The notes beneath the pieces were generated by a model that was not told the DNA's origin, searched no databases, and saw only the letters and a list, made by a program, of their open reading frames with translations. Made by a program: the position numbers and the translations under genes. DNA of 64,000 nt from Candidatus Poribacteria bacterium. GTDB lineage: Bacteria; Poribacteria; WGA-4E; GCA-2687025. Each line of letters begins with the position of its first letter. Positions within the stretch are counted from its first letter, which is position 1. The stretch is taken from contig OY762492.1 of the NCBI GenBank assembly GCA_963665845.2, forward strand, positions 1,280,001 through 1,344,000. The letters run 5' to 3'. Below, one piece after another: positions 62,630-64,000 of this stretch.

Positions 62630-63237
62630 TCGTCTGGCTCCGTCAGCGCGTCCGCCTGCCTGCGCAGCTGTTGCAGGTTTGTTGCCAGCTGTCGGAACGC
62701 GCCTTGAGCCGCCATCTGTGCTGACAGCGCCGATTCGGGCGCGGCCGTTTCGATCAGCCTGAACCGCTGAACATACCCCATCGCGCGTTCATACTGCGCC
62801 GGCAGCGACTCCAGCCGGTCGTAGAAATCGGCGGTTTGAAGCGTTTTCGGGTCGCGCATGTTCAGCTTGCCGGACGCCAGTTTCCATCGAGACGCGCTGA
62901 AGTCGGGGGTCAAACGTTCGGCGCGGGCAAAATCGCCGTCCGCGGCCGCCTCCGCCGCGGAAGACAATGCCGCCAGCGCCGCCGCGTTCGCGCTTATCTC
63001 CTGTTCAAGAGCCTCGTATGCCGCCTCAAACTGTGACATGCGCAGACGCTCCATAAAGACGTATCCGCCGAGAAACGGTCCGATCAAGACAGCCGCCGCT
63101 ATCAAGACAACGGGCAGGCGCCGTTTCAACCATCTGCGCAGGACGCTCCGCTCCACCGGCAGCGTCCTGTCCGCATACGAATCCACCCGCACCTCCGACA
63201 GCTCTTCGCCGCTGGCGTCTGTTTTTTTTGCCGTCAA
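62626..63237 (-). CDS. Hypothetical single-TM protein
   Basis: One TM helix, then an Ala-rich helical domain; stop overlaps the next start (ATGA). Confidence 0.6.
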   Translation of the reverse strand: MTAKKTDASGEELSEVRVDSYADRTLPVERSVLRRWLKRRLPVVLIAAAVLIGPFLGGYVFMERLRMSQFEAAYEALEQEISANAAALAALSSAAEAAADGDFARAERLTPDFSASRWKLASGKLNMRDPKTLQTADFYDRLESLPAQYERAMGYVQRFRLIETAAPESALSAQMAAQGAFRQLATNLQQLRRQADALTEPDE

Positions 63238-63344
63238 CTGCCCGCCTTTCCGTATTCCGTCGATATTCTTGTCAACCGTATCGCCTCATGCTATGTTAAA
63301 GATACCTGTAAACAGCAGCGTTGTCATTGTTCAGGAGCATCCGA

Positions 63345-63962
63345 ATGAAACGATACGTCGCGCAGATCGCTTGTTTTTCGATGATCGTTATGCTGGCAGC
63401 CGCCGCTGGATGCGGTTCCGGCAAGAGAGTCACGCGCCTGGATCCGTCCGAAGTGGTGGACCTGTCGGGTCGGTGGAACGACACCGATTCGCAGCAGGTG
63501 GCGCAACAAATGATCATGGACTGCATCAACCATATCTGGATCACACAATTCACCAGCTCCAACGGCGGCAAAAAGCCGATCGTCATCGTCGGGTCGATTC
63601 GCAACCGCGGGATGGAGCATATTCCCGCCGCCACCTTCATCACGGACATTGAGCGGGCGTTCATCAATTCGGGCCGCGTTTCCGTTGTGGCGAGCGCCGA
63701 GGAGCGCAGCGAGCTGCGCGACGAACGGCTTGACCAGCGCGCCAACGCCAGCCTGGACACCATCAAAGAGATGGGTCGGGAGCTTGGAGCCGACTACATG
63801 ATGACGGGCGAAGTGAACACCATCGAAGACCGCGAGGGAGGCGAGCAGGTTCTGTTTTATCAGGTCGACCTGACGCTCACCAACATCGAGACGAACGAAA
63901 AGGTCTGGATTCACTCTGTAAAACCGAAGAAGTACATTCAGCGAAAACGAACCGTTCTATAA
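63345..63962 (+). CDS. lpoB: LpoB-like penicillin-binding protein activator lipoprotein
   Basis: AAGC lipobox, DLSGRWNDTD, IRNR..EHI, GADYMMTG, YQVDLTL..IETNEKVW; AGGAG RBS. Confidence 0.8.
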   Translation: MKRYVAQIACFSMIVMLAAAAGCGSGKRVTRLDPSEVVDLSGRWNDTDSQQVAQQMIMDCINHIWITQFTSSNGGKKPIVIVGSIRNRGMEHIPAATFITDIERAFINSGRVSVVASAEERSELRDERLDQRANASLDTIKEMGRELGADYMMTGEVNTIEDREGGEQVLFYQVDLTLTNIETNEKVWIHSVKPKKYIQRKRTVL

Positions 63963-64000
63963 TGAGGACGAACCTTGCGCTGCGTTTGGGGGCGTCTCTG

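Overview
GC-rich diderm bacterial chromosome segment. Many TPR, BNR/YCF48, PhyH, DUF6785 and C25 proteins suggest a host-associated FCB/PVC-like lineage such as Ca. Poribacteria (inference only). Housekeeping content: a Rieske/split cytochrome b operon, trkAH, selAB, a UGA(Sec)-containing selD, a GldA/F/G-like ABC system, gmk-rpoZ and lpoB. There are two defence-type regions. (1) 19.4-30.8 kb: two unrelated DNA methyltransferase genes interleaved with four copies of a TPR-fused UPF0175 antitoxin / DUF3368 PIN toxin module; one antitoxin carries about 21 TPRs. (2) 35.9-46.7 kb: an expanded Zorya type II-like operon with 3 zorA, 4 zorB and 1 zorE. In two extra zorB-zorA units the effector slot holds PspA/IM30 (ESCRT-III-like) proteins that start with the same MKLPxF N-terminus as ZorE. 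This is the best candidate for an undescribed system. Intergenic regions carry REP-like palindromes and a composite MITE-like repeat. All calls are by eye from motifs; no database searches were run.
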